The notes under the pieces are model-generated. The model was not told the origin of the DNA. It saw only the letters and a program-made list of their open reading frames with translations, and ran no database searches. A stretch of DNA of 64,000 bases from the human T2T-CHM13v2.0 reference genome, Homo sapiens. Numbering within the stretch: position 1 is the first letter of the stretch; each line of letters opens with the position of its first letter. The DNA lies in assembly GCF_009914755.1 (NCBI RefSeq), contig NC_060931.1. One strand, given 5' to 3'. Positions 57,421-64,000 of this stretch are shown here, in pieces. The translations under genes were made by a program, and so were the position numbers.

Positions 57421-58639
57421 CAATGTATTTATTTTTTCTTAGGACCTATTTACTATTTTTTCTATTTGTTTTCCTATGAAATTGATCAAACAGAAAAGTA
57501 CAGGCCATTAAGAATACATAATAGTGTTCCTGCCACTGAGATTTAATCTTATATATACACTGCCCAATTTTCTTAAATACATTGCAATAAAAAGTTACCA
57601 ACATCAGCATTTCTAGAGGGCATGTTTGTTTTCACCCTTTCTGGCAATGTATGGAGCTGTTATACTGTCCTAATCCTTGTTAACACTAGCAACTCTCATG
57701 AGAAGTAAATGAAGTCTCCTAGTTTTAAATTGTTTACTGATTGCTATTTTCTTAGGGAACTTTCCCCCTGTTTACTGCTTTAATATCCTTATACTTCTTT
57801 TGTGACTTGCCTTCATAATATTTGTCTATTTTCTTCTTGAGTTGTACCACCCTCTCACACCACCATTATCAGGTTCTGGGAGATTTTTATATGTTCAGCA
57901 TCTTATCATTTGTTTATAATATATGTTGCAAATATTTGCTCCTAGTGTATGTGTATTTAATTCGATTTACTTTTTTGTTTTACAGAGTCTTTAGTTACAC
58001 AGAGATAGTTCATTGTAGTGTAATAAAATTATCATTTTTTAATTATGGAATTTAAACATTACAAAGAAGGATTGGGTCACACTTGGGGTAGAAAGGAATG
58101 AAAAATTGCCATTAGGACTTCTAAATCTGAAATTCAAATATGAAGATGCGGCACTGTGGGGAACGTGAGGCTGCAACACAGGAAGGACCCATGGGACTGA
58201 GAGGAAGGAGAAGCTCAAAGAGGAAGAAAAGAGGCACAACCTGAGAGAATGTAGCAACCTGTGGAGTTCTAAGGCTGCAACTTTATTAGCATTGCAGTAG
58301 TTTAGGGAAGGAGTATGAAAAGAGTATAGGGTGGGTATTGAGATCTAAGAGATAGTGCTAGAAGGATTAAGTGATGATTTTTCAGGGCTAACCCAAAGCT
58401 AAGAACTGGAGACAGGTTTGAGAAAAATGTTTTAAATATGAGCTCAAGGCCCCCAAATGAGTGAAGAGAAAAAGGAACATGGGAAGAGAGAAGTGTGCAT
58501 GCAATATGAATCCCAATAGATCATTCTGTGCTTGCTGTTTTCTCAAGACTGGATGATCAATGTCGTGCATCCAGTCAATGTCTGGTGAGTATGACCTAGA
58601 TATGAATGAAGTCCCTGTCATGCCTCAGTTATTTTGCAC

Positions 58640-61600
58640 ACCATAGATCATACATGCTTTCACTATAATTCCCCACTCATGGCACAGTTCCACTCAATTG
58701 TGAGAAAACCCCTCAGTTCACAGCTTCTCCCTAGGGAGGAAGCTGGACTGTGAATTAAACATTCCACCTTTTTCAGCTATTTGTTGAGGAACTGGCTTTT
58801 TTGTATCACCTGTCTAGGAGCACTGACAGAACCCAGCATACACCAAACATCTATGGGCTACTGTGAACAAAGGCAGTGGTTTGACCTAGTATGTGGACAT
58901 TCACCACAAATCATTTCAGTAACTCTGCATATAGTAAGTGGTTAAAGAAGAGCCTCAGCTCATAGCTTTTCACTGGAAAGAAAATAGTTGAACCACAAAT
59001 CCAAGGTTCCAAATTTTTCAGGAGCTGCTCAAGAGTCTGGCTTCTGTCTTGCTTTTCTTTTCTTTTCTTTTTTATTATTATTATACTTTAAGTTTTAGGG
59101 TACATGTGCACAATGTGCAGGTTAGTTACATATGTATACATGTGCCATGCTGGTGCTTTTCTCGGAGTGCTGACAGAACTGATCACAGTCTAGAAGCCTG
59201 ATGGTCACTGAAAATAAATATTATTTTTTAAAATTTCATTTTTCTTTCATTTGAATATTTTATTGTTAAAAATTCCATTTATATTGAAATAGAGATAAAA
59301 ATCAATGTATAAAGTTACAAAATACAGACATAAAATTTCCCTTCCAACCATCTCCAGCCTCTTACTCGTGGGTTCTATTTCTTAATAGCAACTACTTTTT
59401 ACTGTTTTGTTTTTAGTTCTTCTGACTGTTTCTTTCATGAATTTAAATTATATGTTCATCCCTGTATTTTTGAATAATCTATGCTAAATAATGTCTATGC
59501 ATTTTTATTAAAAAATTAAAAATTATTTTACTTTTAACATTATGTCACCTCTGAAACCTCTCTTCATTGTTGGAAATATTTTTATTTTTACCTTTTTATA
59601 GATTATGTTTACTTTTTAATTGACACATAATTGTACCTATTTATGGAGTTTAAACAAGCACAAAAGCAACCTCCATCAACCCCCTCCCCTGCCTAGGGAA
59701 GAGTGAATGAGTGAAAAAACTTTATATTCTATCTTCTCCCTGGGGAGGTAAAGAGTTGGACAATGAACCCAATGATCTAACTCTCTGGGTTCTATATGAG
59801 AGAATGGCTTCTATCTCTGCTATCTTGGAGCAATGGCAGGATCTGTTGTACTCTAGACACCTGAGGGTGGCTGGGAACTACGATAGCAGTATGGTCTACC
59901 ACAAAGATTTGGGAGATCAACAGATAATCTGGCCAAACTGATTTAAGAAGGTCTTTTTCTGCACAAAGCAAATATGTGAAGACTGAGTGAAGTGTTTTTT
60001 TTTCCCAATGTGTAGATCATACCAATGTACAAAGTAAAGGAAATGAAGAAACAAGAAAACACAATCCAATAAAGCAACAAGATGAAACTCCAGAAACCAA
60101 CCCTAATAAAACAGATAAATATAAATTAACTGACAGAAAACGTGCAATCACCATTATAAAATGTTTAATGAGTTCAGGTAAAGAACACAAGAACAATAGA
60201 AGAAGTTAAACAAGCAGATAGAAAATTTTTAGAAGAACAAAACTGAAACCTTGAAGCTGAAGAATATAATAACTGAAATAAAAATGTAATAGAAAAGTTT
60301 CAGCAGCAGACTAGAGCAATCAGAAGAAATAATCAACAAACTCAAATACAGGTCATTTGAAATTATAGACAGAGTTGCAAAAAGAAAAAGAAATGAAAAA
60401 TAGTGAAAAAAAGCTTAAGGGGCTTATGGGAAAACATTAAGCAGATCAATATATGCATTATGGAAATTTCAAAAGACAAGAGAGAGAGAGAAAGAACCAT
60501 AAAGTTTACTCAAAGAAATAATGGCTGAAAACTTCCAAAACCTGTGGAAGAAACTGGAAATCCAAATGCAGAAAGCTCAAAGGATTCTAAATAAGATGCA
60601 CCAAAAAAGAAAAAGAAAGAAAAACATGCCAAGACACATTAAAATCAAATTGTCAAATTCAAAGAAAATCCCAAAATCAGAAAGAGAAAGGAAACTTTCA
60701 TATACAAAGAATCTCTGTAAGACTAACAGCAGATTTTTACCTTTCAGGCCAGTAGTTAGAAGGATGATATATTCAAAGTGCTGAAAGAAATGAAAAAACT
60801 GACAACCAAGAATATTATACTCACTAAAACTATCTTTCAAAATTGAAAGAAACAAAGATTTTCCCAGGCAAACAAAATCTGAATAATTTTATTACCACTA
60901 TATCTGCCTTAGAAGAAGTACTAAAGGGATTTTTTTTCAAGTTGAAATGAAAGGATGCTAAACCATAACATAACAGTATATGAAAGTATAAAACTAATTG
61001 GTAAAGGTAAATATATAGACATATATAAAATGCTGTAATAGCAGTGGATAAATAACTTTTTATTCTAGTATAAAAGCTAAAAGCAAAAAGTGTTAAAAAT
61101 GACTGTAAGTAAAAATATGTTAATAGATACACAATATAAATAGCTTGAAATTGTGACAAAAATAACATAAAGTTTGGGAAAGGGAGAAATAAATATGTAG
61201 AGTTTTTGTATGCAATTGAAGTTAAGCTGTTATCAGCTTAAAATGACTCATATAACTATAAGAAATTTTATTTAAATCTCATTGTAACCACAAAGAAAAA
61301 AATATATATATAAATTACACAACACAAAAGAGAAAGTAAACAAACCATATCAATAAAAAAAACTACTAAAGACAAAGGAACACCACATAAGTGGAAGAGT
61401 GACAGAACAAAAAACAAAACCTCATAGAAAGAAATTAACAAGATGGCCAGAGCAAATTATTTTCTAATAAATAATTACTTTAAATGTAAATGGATTAAAG
61501 TACTCAAGCAAGAAGCATTGAGGGGTTGAATTAATCAGAAACAAATATGATCAATCCATATACTATCTACAAGAAATTCACTTTATGTTTACTGATCCTG

Positions 61601-64000
61601 AAGTGAAGAAATGGAAAAGATACTCCATGCAAATGGTTGCCAAAAGATAGCAGAAGTGGCTAGACTTAGATCAGGCAAAATACACTTTAAGTAGAAGACC
61701 TTCACAAGAGATAAAGAAGCACATTATATAAGGATACAAGAGTAAAATTGTCTGAAAGACATTTTATATATATATATAATTATGATGTTGCATATGTATG
61801 TGTGTGTGTGTACTCAACATCAGAACATATAGATATATAAAGCAATCATTGACAGACCTGAAGGAAGAAATTGACTGCAATATAATAATAGGAGACCAGA
61901 AACAGCAAACATGAACAAAAGCATGAATCGATAGATCTACCAAACATGTAGAGAGCACTCCACCCAACAGTAGCATATATATTGAGTAGAGTATACATTC
62001 TTCTCAAGTGTACACAAAACATTTCTCAGGGCAGATCACATTTTACATCACAAAAGAATCTTAACAAACAGAAGAAGACTGAAATCCTACCAATTATGTT
62101 TTCCAGTCAGAATGGAAGAAAACTAGAAATCTACAGCAGTAGGACAAATGGAAAATACACAAACGTGGAAACTAAATAACACAATTTAAACAACCAATGA
62201 GTCAAAGAAGTAATCAAAATGGAAAATAGAAAATATCTTGAGACAAATGAAAATAAAAACACAACATAGAAAACTTATGGGATGCAGCAAAGGCTGTGTG
62301 TACTAAGGAAAGTTTATAGTGATAAAACACTAACATTAAAAAAGAAGAACACAAGTGAACAAATTAACTTTAAACCTCAAGGAACTGGAAAAAAAACAGC
62401 TGAAGCCCAAATTTAGCATAAAAAGGAAATAATAAAGATTAGAGCAAAATATATAAAGAATACAAAAACGATAGGAAAAAATAAACAAAACTGAGTTTTT
62501 TAAATGAAGTAGTTATCTTTTCAAAGCTAAACAAAACCTGTAGCTAGACTAAGAAAAAAAGAGATTTAAATAAATAATCAGAAATAAAAAAGGAGACATT
62601 GAAACTGATGCCATGAGAATAAAAAGGATAATGAGAGAATATTAGCATTGTATGCTTTCTGAATAACCTAGAAAAAAAATGAATCAAACCCTAGAAAGAT
62701 ATAGCTTACCAAGGTTAAGTCAAGAAGAAATAGATAACTTCACTGATGAAATACAACTAGATTTAAAGAAAAATTAATGCTGGGTCTTCCCAAACTCTTC
62801 CAAAATATTGAAGAAGAGGGAACACTCCCAAACTCATTTTATGAGGCCAGTATTACCCTGATAACACAGCAAGACAATGACACAACAAGAAAAGAAAACT
62901 GCAGGTCAATATCTCTGATGGATATAGAATTTAAAATCCATAATAAAATACTAGCGAACTGCATCCAACAGCACACTAAAATGTTCATACACCACGACAA
63001 TGTAGGTGTTATTTCTAGGATGCAAAGATGACTCAACATATAAATATCAATATAACATATCACATTAAAGGAATGAAGAGTATACATTACATGATCATCT
63101 TAATAGATGCACAGAAAGCATTTGAAAAATTCAACACACTTTCACGGTAAAATCTCAGCAAATTAGGTATACAAAGAAATTACTTTAACATAATAAAGAA
63201 CATACATAAAAGTCTATGGCTAACATCACATTCTATGGTGAAAAACTGAAAACCTTCCCTCTAAATTCAAGAATGAGGCAAATATGCCTATTCTTGTCAC
63301 TTCTACTATAATAATAAATGTCCTAGCAAGAGCAATTAGACAAGAGAAGGAAATAAAAGTCCTCAGAAAGAGAAAAAAGAAGTAAAATTGTCCCTGTTTG
63401 TGGATGACCTGATCTCACATATTGAAAATACCAAAGACTCCACCAAAAACCAAAAATGAAAAAAATCTTTTAGAATGAACAAATAAAACAATAAAATTGA
63501 AGGATACAAAATCAAGATACAAAAATAAGTTTTTTATAGTAAGTTTTTGTGTTTCTATGCATTAGCAATGAAATATCTGAAAAGGAGATTACCAAAACAA
63601 TCCCATCTAAAAAAGCATTTAAAAATACTTAGGAATAACCTTAACTAAGGAGGTGAACAATCCTGTGTAATGAAAAGTACAAAACATCAATGAAACAAAG
63701 AAGACACAAGTTGAAATACATCCTGCACTTATCAATTGTCAAGCATAATGTTTTTAAAATATCCATAACCAAAATAACCAATGCAATCCCCATACAAATT
63801 GCAATTGTTGTCTTCACAGAAGTAGAAAAATAGCTTAAAGTTTATATGGAAGCCCCAAAGACCCCAAATAGCCAAAACAATTTTGAGAAAGAATAAAGCT
63901 AGAGGCATCACACGTCTTGATTCCAAAGTATAGCACAAGTCTACACTAATTGAAACAGTATGGTACTAGCATAAAGATAGACATATATAGATCAATAGAG
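58640..64000 (+). mobile_element. Long old L1M element (5'UTR, degraded ORF1 ~60050-60950, ORF2 from ~61440), running off the window
   Basis: ORF1-like MAENFQNL...; EN start ATAATTACTTTAAATGTAAATGGA; [13 protein letters not shown]; RT SLFVDDLI; many stops, frameshifts and deletions. Confidence 0.9.
59059..59156 (-). mobile_element. Young L1PA2/PA3 3'-end stub
   Basis: TTATACTTTAAGTTTTAGGGTACATGTGCACAATGTGCAGGTTAGTTACATATGTATACATGTGCCATGCTGGTGC; TSD TGCTTTTCT at 59050-59058 and 59154-59162. Confidence 0.92.

Overview
AT-rich primate (very probably human) non-coding DNA, either intergenic or deep intronic. No host protein-coding exon is supported. The only long ORFs belong to a 5'-truncated L1PA element (~21.4-26.9 kb); the other ORFs in the track are repeat-derived or chance. 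About half the window is interspersed repeat: eight Alus or Alu fragments; L1PA, L1MA, L1MC, L1ME and L1M copies; THE1, MST, MLT1, MLT2A and LTR1-type solo LTRs; MER58, MER82, MADE1, MIR, L2 and a CR1/L3 fossil. There is also a processed RPL7 pseudogene with TSDs and a long ancient Tigger/pogo transposase fossil. I found no convincing new multi-gene system. The most unusual signals are structural. (1) A ~690-bp copy of unique DNA from 7.8 kb downstream is pasted into the L1PA 3'UTR. (2) A ~205-bp, ~95%-identical inverted repeat with a 108-bp spacer that I cannot assign to a repeat family. (3) A monomer-repeat L1M 5'UTR interrupted by a probable L1 3' transduction. (4) Unique segments with strong splice signals, namely overlapping sense/antisense exon candidates and a 76-nt intron that would fuse two ORFs. 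Repeat subfamily names come from recalled consensus sequences, not a database search, and boundaries are approximate.
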